Source: Gemmatimonas sp. (GTDB lineage: Bacteria; Gemmatimonadota; Gemmatimonadetes; Gemmatimonadales; Gemmatimonadaceae). From it: DNA of 64,000 bases. Shown here in pieces: positions 49,374 to 58,073 of the stretch (its first letter is position 1; each line of letters opens with the position of its first letter). The notes beneath the pieces were generated by a model. That model worked only from the letters and a program-made list of their open reading frames with translations, searched no databases and was not told where the DNA came from. The stretch lies in contig OZ257156.1 of the NCBI GenBank assembly GCA_965279375.1, forward strand, positions 2,176,001-2,240,000, read 5' to 3'. A program made the translations under genes and the position numbers.

Positions 49374-52300
49374 TTGATCGGTCGCAGAGATTTGGTCGGA
49401 GACGTCGGATTCGCGCGGAAGAACAGCGGCGTGTCGTTGTTGCGCGCCACCATGATCAGATCGCCCTGGCGTGTGCGAATGCGTTGGATGTCGCGCGCCT
49501 GGCCGGGCACATGAAAGCCGCTCAGCTTCGAATGCACTGGCGTGAAGCCTCCCTTGCCATCACCCGTGAGCAGCAGTCCGTAGCTGCCGTCCATGCCGCC
49601 CAACTCCGGCTTCACACCGTCGAAGTTGCCCGCCGTGAGCAAGTCCAGCTTGCCGTCGCCATCGAGGTCCTGCGCCAGCATGCCGAAGGTCGGCGACAGC
49701 TGCGCTTGTCGCACAAGCGGAACGAGGGTGAACGTGCCGTCGCCGTTGTTTCGCGCCAGTGCAGACTCGAAACTGTACGCCTGCCGAGTGATGGCAGTGG
49801 ACAGGTCAGCCGCAGGGAAGATGTCGGTGATGGTTTGGGTAGCGTAGTCCTTGTAGTTCCGGTAGCGCGCCTTGAGCGGTGGAATCGCCTTGATGATGTC
49901 GTCGCGCAGTACCATCGGATATCGCTTCCCCTGCGACACGGTCGTGACGAGCTGCTCGTCGAAGCCATTGCCGTCGAAGTCCTTGACGTACATCGTCGTG
50001 GGCTCGGTGGCACTGGCAGTGAGCCGCTGGTTTAACCCGGCGTTGCCCAGCAGAAAATCCACGCGTCCGTTACCTGCAAAGTCGCCCGCAATCACGCGGT
50101 TCCACCAACCGTTGCTTTGTTCGAGTCCCGGGCAGGGCATCGGCTGCAACTTGCCGCCGCCCATGTTGCGGAAAATCGTGAGCGGCATCCAGTCGCCGAC
50201 CAGCACCAGGTCGGGACGGCCATCGCCGGTGACGTCGCGCCACAGCGCATCCGTCACGAGTCCCACGTGCGCCAGCTCGGGAGCAAGCGTTGCGGTGACG
50301 TCAGTGAAGTGGCCTGTACCGTCGTTGCGCAACAGTACGCTCTCGGGATCACGCCCGTAGCGCCCCGGTACCACGCGACCACCAACGAACAGATCCAACG
50401 TGCCGTTGCCGTCGATGTCCGCCGCGGCAACGTGCGATCCGCTATTCGACTCGGCCGGGAGATATCCCTCGGTCTTGTGAAAGCGCCCGTTGCCATCATT
50501 CAAATACAACCGGTCCTGCAGTGCAGGGGCGAGATCTGAATACTCGGCGCCGCCGCTCACCACATAGAGATCGGGACGCTTGTCGCCGTTCGCGTCAAAG
50601 AAGAGCGCGCCCACGTCTTCCGAAATGGCATCGGGCTCGAAAAGCCCGGGATTGCTGCGCGTGAAGCGACCGTCTTGCTGCTGCAGCATCAACTGCCCGA
50701 CCTGTTCCTTCGCACCGCCGATGTACACGTCATCGAGTCCGTCGCCGTTCACGTCGGATACGGCAAGGGCCGGGCCTTCGGTGGAGATCATCTTCGGGAT
50801 CAACCGCTCACGATCGAAGTCCACGAAATCGTTCTCATGGTGCGTGAAGCCGAATCCGATTTGCGATGTGACGTCCGCGAGCAGCGCACGAGCAGGCGCC
50901 GCCACCGATGTGGCTGCCGCCGCCGCGTCCTTCTGCAGCAGGGTGATGCGGGCGTTCGTGGCGACATTGCGCGCGACGCTGACACGACCGTCGGGCCACT
51001 CCACTGTGACGGAGTCGAGCTGCGCATGCGCGCCTACGCCAAATGTCAGCAGCGGCTGCATGCTGGATTGAAAGCCGCGCACCGGCGCCTCTTCCTGCAT
51101 GAACTGCTCGCTCCCCACGCGCGCGGTCACGCGCGCACCGACGGCAAAGCGATTCGCACCTTCTCCCTGCAACGTCACCTGCAGGAAGTGATTCTCCTTC
51201 TTGAGCGCACGCGCGTTGTTGCGATAGACGAACGCGTCCATGTTCACGTTGTTCACGACGAGGTCGAGCGCGCCGTCGCCATCGAGGTCACCGTACGCGG
51301 CGCCGTTGCTGAAGCTCGGTGTGTCCAGCCCCCACGACTTGGCCTCGTTGGTGAAGCGCAGATCGCCGTCGTTGCGGAACATGTAGTTGGGGATGCGCGT
51401 GGACGTCATCGCATCGACCAGCTGCAGGAAGTCCACCTGCTTGCCATTGAACACCGCTTCAGCCGCCGTCTGGTTGGCCTGCGACGAGATGTAGTCCTGC
51501 GACGTGACGTCCTTGGCCAAGCCGTTGGTCACGTACACATCCTTGCGACCGTCGAGGTCGAAGTCCGCGATCAGCGCGCTCCAGCTCCAGTCGGTGCGCG
51601 ACACACCGGCGATCTGTCCGATGTCGCTGAACGTGCCGTCTCCGTTGTTGCGCTGCAGCATGTTGCGCATGAACTGCCGGTGATAGCCGTTCTGCACCTT
51701 CTGCTGATACACGTCCCACCCTTCGAACGACGTGGTCGTGCGAAGCCGGTACTCGTCTTCCGGGAACATGTCCGTCGTGTAGATGTCCGGCCAGCCGTCG
51801 TTGTCGATGTCGGCCACGTCGAGCCCCATCGAGAAGTAGCTGCTGTACGGCATCTGCTTGTCGAGCGATTCGGCGAACGTGCCATCGCCCTTGTTGATGT
51901 ACAGGTAGTCGCGTTCGAAGAAGTCGTTGGACACATAGATGTCCGGCAGGCCATCGCGATTCACGTCGGCGACCGCCACGCCCAATCCGAATCCGACTTC
52001 ACTGCCAAAGATGCCCGCCTTCGCGCTGACATCCACGAACTTTCCGGCGTCGTTGCGATAGAGCTTCGCGCCGCCGAGTGAGTCGCGGACCATGCGCGTG
52101 TTGCGCATGCCGAAGCTGCTGACCGGGCGTGGCGAGTTGTTGATCAGAAAGAGATCGAGATCGCCGTCGCGGTCATAGTCGAAGAAGACCGACTGTGTGG
52201 AGTAGCCACCATCCGCGATGCCATACTCGCGCGCCATTTCCTTGAACGTCGGGATGCTGTCGCTGCCGCTGCCTTGATTGATGAACAGCTGATTCGCGCG

Positions 52301-52756
52301 TTGCTTGCCCGGCTCCTTGCCGGCGTGGCACACGTACAGATCGAGTTTGCCGTCGCCATTCACATCGGCGAGCGTGACGCCGGTGGTCCAGCTCTCGTTG
52401 TTCTCGAGATTCGCGGGCTTGGTGATGTCGCGAAAGCGGAACTGTCCCTCGTTGAGATACAGCTTCGCGCCGCCTTCATTCGCCGACAGCACGAGCTCCG
52501 GCAGGCTGTCGCCATTCAGATCGCCGATCGCAACGCCACCACCGTTGTAGTGATTGCGATACGTGAAGACGTTGACGTCTTTCGTGTCGGTGATCGTGTT
52601 CTGGAAGCTGACACCGGTGTAGCTCGCGGGCAGCAGTGAGAACAATCGTCCATCGGCAGCGGGTGCCTGTGCATCACGAGTTTCGGGGCTGCTGCAGGCG
52701 CCGAGCAGGAGGGAGGTCGTGAGCAGCAGCGGACGAATCGCTGGGTTCATGCGCAT
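49370..52756 (-). CDS. Second FG-GAP/VCBS-repeat + ASPIC-UnbV lipoprotein (paralogue of 44492-47953)
   Basis: Same architecture and shared blocks (YNGGGVA.GD, TDWSWS, FSNGAAY.DL, RGFQS); lipobox LGAC. Start among 52750, 52756 and 52768. Confidence 0.9.
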   Translation of the reverse strand: MRMNPAIRPLLLTTSLLLGACSSPETRDAQAPAADGRLFSLLPASYTGVSFQNTITDTKDVNVFTYRNHYNGGGVAIGDLNGDSLPELVLSANEGGAKLYLNEGQFRFRDITKPANLENNESWTTGVTLADVNGDGKLDLYVCHAGKEPGKQRANQLFINQGSGSDSIPTFKEMAREYGIADGGYSTQSVFFDYDRDGDLDLFLINNSPRPVSSFGMRNTRMVRDSLGGAKLYRNDAGKFVDVSAKAGIFGSEVGFGLGVAVADVNRDGLPDIYVSNDFFERDYLYINKGDGTFAESLDKQMPYSSYFSMGLDVADIDNDGWPDIYTTDMFPEDEYRLRTTTSFEGWDVYQQKVQNGYHRQFMRNMLQRNNGDGTFSDIGQIAGVSRTDWSWSALIADFDLDGRKDVYVTNGLAKDVTSQDYISSQANQTAAEAVFNGKQVDFLQLVDAMTSTRIPNYMFRNDGDLRFTNEAKSWGLDTPSFSNGAAYGDLDGDGALDLVVNNVNMDAFVYRNNARALKKENHFLQVTLQGEGANRFAVGARVTARVGSEQFMQEEAPVRGFQSSMQPLLTFGVGAHAQLDSVTVEWPDGRVSVARNVATNARITLLQKDAAAAATSVAAPARALLADVTSQIGFGFTHHENDFVDFDRERLIPKMISTEGPALAVSDVNGDGLDDVYIGGAKEQVGQLMLQQQDGRFTRSNPGLFEPDAISEDVGALFFDANGDKRPDLYVVSGGAEYSDLAPALQDRLYLNDGNGRFHKTEGYLPAESNSGSHVAAADIDGNGTLDLFVGGRVVPGRYGRDPESVLLRNDGTGHFTDVTATLAPELAHVGLVTDALWRDVTGDGRPDLVLVGDWMPLTIFRNMGGGKLQPMPCPGLEQSNGWWNRVIAGDFAGNGRVDFLLGNAGLNQRLTASATEPTTMYVKDFDGNGFDEQLVTTVSQGKRYPMVLRDDIIKAIPPLKARYRNYKDYATQTITDIFPAADLSTAITRQAYSFESALARNNGDGTFTLVPLVRQAQLSPTFGMLAQDLDGDGKLDLLTAGNFDGVKPELGGMDGSYGLLLTGDGKGGFTPVHSKLSGFHVPGQARDIQRIRTRQGDLIMVARNNDTPLFFRANPTSPTKSLRPIK

Positions 52757-52774
52757 GGAATCCTTCATAGATAC

Positions 52775-52807
52775 AAAATAGCCTGCCTCCGCTCGGAGAC
52801 AGGCTAT
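52775..52807 (-). terminator. Intercistronic hairpin/terminator after susD
   Basis: Minus strand ATAGCCTGTCTCC-GAGC-GGAGGCAGGCTAT-TTT. Confidence 0.8.
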
Positions 52808-52858
52808 CGTGTGCACCTTTTGTCGAACGACCGTCAGGTCATTCGCCGCAATCCCGAA

Positions 52859-54415
52859 TCAGTAGCCCGGGTTCTGCTTGAGGAGCGAGTTGGTGGCCAA
52901 CTGCGACTGCGGGATCGGGAAGAGCACGCGGTACGCGTCCGTCACCGTCTTGAACTGGAACGGCTTGGTGTACGTGCCAGCGCGGATCATGTCCTGACGA
53001 CGCTTGCCTTCGCCGGTGAGCTCGAACAGACGCTCGTTGTAGATCGCCGTGCGGGCCTGCGCCTGCGTGAGGCTCGTGGCGAGCGGCTTGGCCGGCGTGA
53101 AGACGCGGGAGCGGACCTGATTGACCGTCGCAATGGCGGCAGCGGTCTGACCCAGTTCGTTCTGCGCTTCCGCCTTCGAGAGGTAGACCTCGGCGAGGCG
53201 GTAGTGCGGGAAGTCGTTGGGCTGGTTCTGGTTCGTCACCGAGTTGTCGAGCGGGAACTTGTAGATACGCGCGCCTTCGCCTTCAGCGGCGGCGGTCGGA
53301 TCCTTGATTTCCGGCGTGAAGACCAGACGGTTGCCCGCGCGATCGTTCACCGGCGCGCCGGTATTCTGGTTCACCTGCGGGCCGACGAGGAAGATCGACT
53401 TGCGCAGGTCGGCGTTGTCGAACGTGTTGTACGTGTCCGCCAGCGTCGAGAAGCCGTTCCAGCCGCCGAAGTTGGCGGAGTTGTAGTGGAACGAGCGCAT
53501 GTTGAGGTTCAAGCCGAGACCATCAACCGTGCTGAAACGCACGACGAAGATGTTTTCCGCCGAGTTCTGGTTGGTCGGCAGGAAGTTGGACTTCCAGTTC
53601 GACGCCAGCGTGTAGTTGCCGGAGTTGATGATGCGGTCAGCGACCGTGATCGCATCCTGCCAGCGCGCGGCGCCCGGCGCGATGCCGGTCGTCGAGACAG
53701 TGCCCTGATAGACCTGCGCGTTCAGGTAGATGCTGACGAGCATGGCATCCACGGCACCCTGCGTGACACGGCCCCAGTTGGCTGCATCCCACTTGGCCGG
53801 CAAGCCGGCACGCGCGGCGATCAGTTCCTTCTCGACGAAGTCGAAGACTTCCTTGCGCGTGTTCTGCGGACGCTCCTTGATCTCGGTCGTGGTCACGATC
53901 GGCACAGGGCCGAACGCGTCCATGAGCGCGATGTAGTAGAACGCACGCAGCGCGCGCAGCTCGCCTTCAATGGCCGCCTGGTTCGGGACCTGGTTGGGCT
54001 TGAGCGCGTTGATGACCGCGTTCGCCTTCGCGACGCCGGACCAGAGGTTGGACCAGGCCGAGTTGATGTTGTCGGAACCAGCGGCGCTGGTCGGCGACCA
54101 CGTCTGGCGATGCAGCTCGAGCCACTTGCCGTTGTCGTACCAGTCCGAGCCGCGCGTCGGAACGATGAGTTCGTCCGTGCTGACTTGGCTGATGTTGTAA
54201 TACTCGTCGAGCGTTGTGCGGAGCGTGGAGTACACGCCCGCCAAGCCGCCGATGACCTCAGCCTGCGTCCGGTAGTAGTTGTCCGGAGTGATGGCGCTGG
54301 TCGGGGTTTCCGTCAGGTCCGTGCAACCCTGCACGCCGACGGCCGCGGCCGACAGCATCAGGAGCGCTGTTGCGCCGGCCTTTCGCGTGGTGATCTTCAC
54401 CGGTGAAATCCTCAT
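52859..54415 (-). CDS. susD: RagB/SusD-family nutrient-binding lipoprotein
   Basis: Lipobox VQGC-TDL, LRAFYY, FGPVP, RLAEVYL..AEA, ER..EL.GEG.R..D..R, terminal QNPGY. Confidence 0.93.
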   Translation of the reverse strand: MRISPVKITTRKAGATALLMLSAAAVGVQGCTDLTETPTSAITPDNYYRTQAEVIGGLAGVYSTLRTTLDEYYNISQVSTDELIVPTRGSDWYDNGKWLELHRQTWSPTSAAGSDNINSAWSNLWSGVAKANAVINALKPNQVPNQAAIEGELRALRAFYYIALMDAFGPVPIVTTTEIKERPQNTRKEVFDFVEKELIAARAGLPAKWDAANWGRVTQGAVDAMLVSIYLNAQVYQGTVSTTGIAPGAARWQDAITVADRIINSGNYTLASNWKSNFLPTNQNSAENIFVVRFSTVDGLGLNLNMRSFHYNSANFGGWNGFSTLADTYNTFDNADLRKSIFLVGPQVNQNTGAPVNDRAGNRLVFTPEIKDPTAAAEGEGARIYKFPLDNSVTNQNQPNDFPHYRLAEVYLSKAEAQNELGQTAAAIATVNQVRSRVFTPAKPLATSLTQAQARTAIYNERLFELTGEGKRRQDMIRAGTYTKPFQFKTVTDAYRVLFPIPQSQLATNSLLKQNPGY

Positions 54416-54446
54416 AGCTCTGTGCCTGTATGGGTGAAGGTGCGGG

Positions 54447-57400
54447 TCAGAAACCGACGCGCATCCCGGTGGTGATGGTGCGAGCGCGCGGGTACGCGAG
54501 GTAGTCGATACCGCGGGCCGCGAGGCCGGCGGCAGCGTTCACTTCCGGATCGTAGCCCGTGTAGTTCGTGAACAGCAGCAGGTTGTCGCCAGAGACGTAG
54601 ATGCGCGTCGGGCCAGACTTGGCCGACATGCCCGGTACCTTGAACGAGTAGCCCACCGTGACGTTCGCGAGACGGAGGAACGAGCCGCTCTCGATGTAAC
54701 GCGAGGAGAAGATCGCCGGATCCGAGATGGCGATGCCATCGTTGATCGCCGACTTCAGGAAGTTCTTGTCCTGCAGCACGTTGGACTTGGTCGCATAGAC
54801 CAGGGCCGTGTTGTTGAAGACCTTCTGGCCGACGTCCGAACGGACGAGCGCGTTGAAGTCGAACTTGCCCCACGTGCCGGTGGTGCGGATGCCCGAGCTG
54901 AACTTCGGATTGGCGTTGCCGAGGATCATTTCGTCATCGCCGCTCGGCGAGGTGGTGGTGCCGTCCAGCGTGCGACCCGTCTCGTTGCCGGAGGCGTCAC
55001 GCGTGACCTTGTACTTGTTGAAGAGCTGCTGACCCTGCGCGTTTATTCCCGCGAACTCCGGGCCCCAGAACGTGCCGATCGGCTGGCCGGGGATGATGCG
55101 CTGCGAGTTGCGGCCCGACTGACCCTGGCCGCTGACGCTGCCGGTGGAGATGAACTTCTGCTTGCCGAGGCTCTCGACGTTGTTGCGGTCAACCGAGAGC
55201 ACGAGGCCAACGTTCCAGGTCTTCTTGGACGAGTTGATGATCGAGGCGTCGATGGACGCTTCGAGGCCCTTGTTGGTGACGGAGCCGATGTTCTGGAGCT
55301 GCGTTCCAACGACGGCCGGCTGCGGCACGTCCACCGTGAGGAGGAGGTCGGTGGTCTTCTTGCTGTAGAACTCGACCGTACCGGTGAACTTGTTGTTGTG
55401 CAGGCCGTAATCCATCGCGACGCTGGTCTGCGCCGTCTGCTCCCACTTCAGGTTCGGATTCGGGTTCTGCGTCGGGATGACACCCGTGTAGACCGTGTTG
55501 CCGAACACATAGCGCGCGTTGCCGTCCGTGCCCAGCAGCGTGAGCGAGGCGTACGGGTTCACGGCCTGGTTACCCTGCAAGCCGTAGCCGGCGCGCAGAC
55601 GAAGATCCGAGAAGAGGTTCTGGTTCTTCATGAAGCCTTCGTCGCTGAGCTTCCACGACGCGGAGACGGCCGGGAACGTCGCCCACTTATTGCCCTCGCC
55701 GAACTTCGACGAGCCGTCCTTACGAACGACGGCGGTCAGGAAGTATCGATTCTTGTAGCTGAGGTTCGCGCGGGTGAAGAACGACGCGAGGCGGTTCGTC
55801 ACGGCGTACGAATACGGCGGGTTGAGCGTCGCGCCGGCGCCGAGGTTGTTGAACGTGAAGGCGTCGGTCAGGAAGTTGCGACCCTGCGCGCCGAAGCCGC
55901 TCGTGTTGTAGTCGGCATGCTCGTAGCCACCGACGATGTCGAACTCGGTCTGCTCGCCGAGGTTCGGCTTGTACGTCAGGAGCGTCTGCACCGTGGCCGA
56001 CGACACACTGCGGTTGTCGATCGCCGCGAGGCCGTTGTACTCGGCGCCGGCCGGGCTGATGGCCGGGAAGTAGTGGTTACGCACCGAGCCCGACTTGTCC
56101 ACGCCGATGTTGGCCGAGGCGCTGAGCGAGCTGAAGATCGAGTACGTCGCCGTGATGTTGCCGAGCGCGCGGTTGGTCACCGCGTTGTCACGCACCTGGT
56201 TGGCCAAGGCCACCGGGTTACGCTGCGACTGACGGCCACCACCGAGTTCGTAGTACGGGTTGCCGCCGGGCGTCGTGTTGAGGATCGGACGCGTCGGGTT
56301 GAAGGTCACCATGTTGTTGAACACGCCGCCTTCGAAGCCACCGATCGTTTCGAACGGGAGATACTTATTCGTCACCTGCGACGCGGTCATGTTCAGGCCG
56401 AGCGTCAGCTTGCCATCCGCCGCCGTCGTGTTGGCGTTCAGACGGCCCTGCAAGCGCTCGAATCCGTTGGCGATGATGACGCCTTCCTGATTCATGTAGT
56501 TGAGCGACGCGCGGTAGCGCGTGTCCTGCGTGCCGCCGGAGAACGACAGGTTGTGGTTCTGCGTCATCGACGTGCGCGAGACGGCATCCTGCCAGTTGGT
56601 GTTGGCCGTGCCCTGCGACGTCAGACGGCTCTGCGGCAGCTTGCCCGCGGCAACCTGCGCCTGCACGAACGCGCGATATTCATCGCCGTTCAGCACGTCG
56701 AGTGGACGCGCCACCGAGGCCATCGCGGAGTAGCCTTCGTACTCGAGCTGTCCGCCACCCGTGCCGCGACCCTGCTTGGTCTCGATGAGGATGACGCCGT
56801 TCGCGCCGCGCGATCCGTAGATGGCCGTCGCCGACGCGTCCTTGAGGACGGTGATGTTGGCGATGTCGCTCGGGTTGATCAGCGTCAGCGGGCTGCGCGG
56901 CAACGACGGCGTGCCGCCAAGGCCGATACCGCCGGCTTCGGTGGACTCGTTGTTGATCGGCACACCGTCGATGACATAGAGCGGCTCGCTGCTTGCGCTG
57001 ATGGAGGTACCGCCGCGGATGCGCACCTGCGCACCGGCACCCGGCTCACCACCATCTAGCGTCACGTTCACGCCAGCCACGCGGCCGGCGAGCATGCCGT
57101 TCACGTTCGGCATCACGCCGACGTTCGCGTCCGCGCCCTTGACCGTGGCGACGGAGCCCGTGACCGCTTCACGACGCTGCGTGCCGTAACCAACCGTGAC
57201 CATCTCGGATAGGAACGCGGCTACCGGCTTCAACGAGACGTTGAGTGTGGCCGTACCACCAGCGGCGACCGGAACCTGCTGCTGCACCGCGGCGTATCCG
57301 ATACGCGTGATCCGAACCATCGGCGTGCCCGCAGGAACGCCAGTCAGGGTGTAGCCACCGTCAGCACGCGTCAGCGTGCCTCGCGTGGTGCCGACGATGA

Positions 57401-57539
57401 CGACGGCGGCACTGCCGATCGGTGCCTGCGAGGTGGAGTCGACGACTTTGCCGGAGATGGTTCCTGAGCCCTGAGCCTGGGCTGGAACTGTCCACAGCAT
57501 GGCGACCGCGAGGGCGCCGAGGACACGAACGAATTTCAT
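54447..57539 (-). CDS. susC: SusC/RagA-family TonB-dependent transporter
   Basis: VTVGYG, PLYVIDGVP, VLKDASATAIYGSRGANGVILIETK, NPNLKWE, terminal YP..R.......VGF. Confidence 0.96.
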   Translation of the reverse strand: MKFVRVLGALAVAMLWTVPAQAQGSGTISGKVVDSTSQAPIGSAAVVIVGTTRGTLTRADGGYTLTGVPAGTPMVRITRIGYAAVQQQVPVAAGGTATLNVSLKPVAAFLSEMVTVGYGTQRREAVTGSVATVKGADANVGVMPNVNGMLAGRVAGVNVTLDGGEPGAGAQVRIRGGTSISASSEPLYVIDGVPINNESTEAGGIGLGGTPSLPRSPLTLINPSDIANITVLKDASATAIYGSRGANGVILIETKQGRGTGGGQLEYEGYSAMASVARPLDVLNGDEYRAFVQAQVAAGKLPQSRLTSQGTANTNWQDAVSRTSMTQNHNLSFSGGTQDTRYRASLNYMNQEGVIIANGFERLQGRLNANTTAADGKLTLGLNMTASQVTNKYLPFETIGGFEGGVFNNMVTFNPTRPILNTTPGGNPYYELGGGRQSQRNPVALANQVRDNAVTNRALGNITATYSIFSSLSASANIGVDKSGSVRNHYFPAISPAGAEYNGLAAIDNRSVSSATVQTLLTYKPNLGEQTEFDIVGGYEHADYNTSGFGAQGRNFLTDAFTFNNLGAGATLNPPYSYAVTNRLASFFTRANLSYKNRYFLTAVVRKDGSSKFGEGNKWATFPAVSASWKLSDEGFMKNQNLFSDLRLRAGYGLQGNQAVNPYASLTLLGTDGNARYVFGNTVYTGVIPTQNPNPNLKWEQTAQTSVAMDYGLHNNKFTGTVEFYSKKTTDLLLTVDVPQPAVVGTQLQNIGSVTNKGLEASIDASIINSSKKTWNVGLVLSVDRNNVESLGKQKFISTGSVSGQGQSGRNSQRIIPGQPIGTFWGPEFAGINAQGQQLFNKYKVTRDASGNETGRTLDGTTTSPSGDDEMILGNANPKFSSGIRTTGTWGKFDFNALVRSDVGQKVFNNTALVYATKSNVLQDKNFLKSAINDGIAISDPAIFSSRYIESGSFLRLANVTVGYSFKVPGMSAKSGPTRIYVSGDNLLLFTNYTGYDPEVNAAAGLAARGIDYLAYPRARTITTGMRVGF

Positions 57540-57941
57540 ACGTCGGCCTGTTTAGGGGTGCGATGTTGCGCTTCGCTCCAATCCGATGAGACGCAAATGC
57601 GCCTCGTCGGACGAGGAGTTTGGAAGCAGGCCGCGCGAGTCGTGACCGAGCTTCCGAGGGGTACTTCGGTGAAACAGCAGGGAGAGTGATCCGCGCACGC
57701 ACCGGCGCTCCATCCGCGTGATGCAAAGCATCGAACGCGAGGGCAGCAGGGGTCGTCTTCGGCGGAGCGAACTCGTAAGGCAGGAATCGGACTGTCGCCC
57801 GGGAGGACCGAAGGCTCGGCTCCGAACGGGCACTTCGGCACCGTCGCATAGGGGGCGACATCCGAAGCGTGTTGCACGAGTGACAGACCGACAGGGTGAG
57901 GCGGGAAGCCCCTCTAGGATGAGGGACCGGTAATCGGATGG

Positions 57942-57995
57942 TGTTACGCTGTTAACAGTCTGGCCCAATCCTAAGTCACGCGAAGGTATTGTCAA
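57942..57995 (-). promoter_or_regulatory. susC promoter with downstream palindromic operator
   Basis: Minus strand TTGACA-N16-TAGGAT (57995-57968). Imperfect palindrome TGTTA-N6-TAACA at 57942-57957. Confidence 0.6.
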
Positions 57996-58038
57996 CTTTT
58001 GACTGACAGTTGTAACGAGCTCGACAGCGCATTCGCCA

Positions 58039-58067
58039 TCGACGGCATGGCGGTCCATCCATAGGAT
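58039..58067 (+). promoter_or_regulatory. Promoter for a probably leaderless transcript of the divergent glycosidase-like gene
   Basis: TCGACG-N17-TAGGAT, 6 nt before ATG at 58074. Confidence 0.5.
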
Positions 58068-58073
58068 TGGCGC

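Noticed and set aside
44492..52756. Enediyne or halogenated natural-product gene cluster (UnbV + haloperoxidase)
   Set aside because: No PKS, NRPS or tailoring genes in the window; the context is carbohydrate uptake.
52811..57059. Long plus-strand ORFs antisense to susC/susD (531 and 553 aa), and similar shadow ORFs across the window
   Set aside because: Expected antisense open frames in GC-rich coding DNA; no motifs, and they lie opposite well-supported genes.
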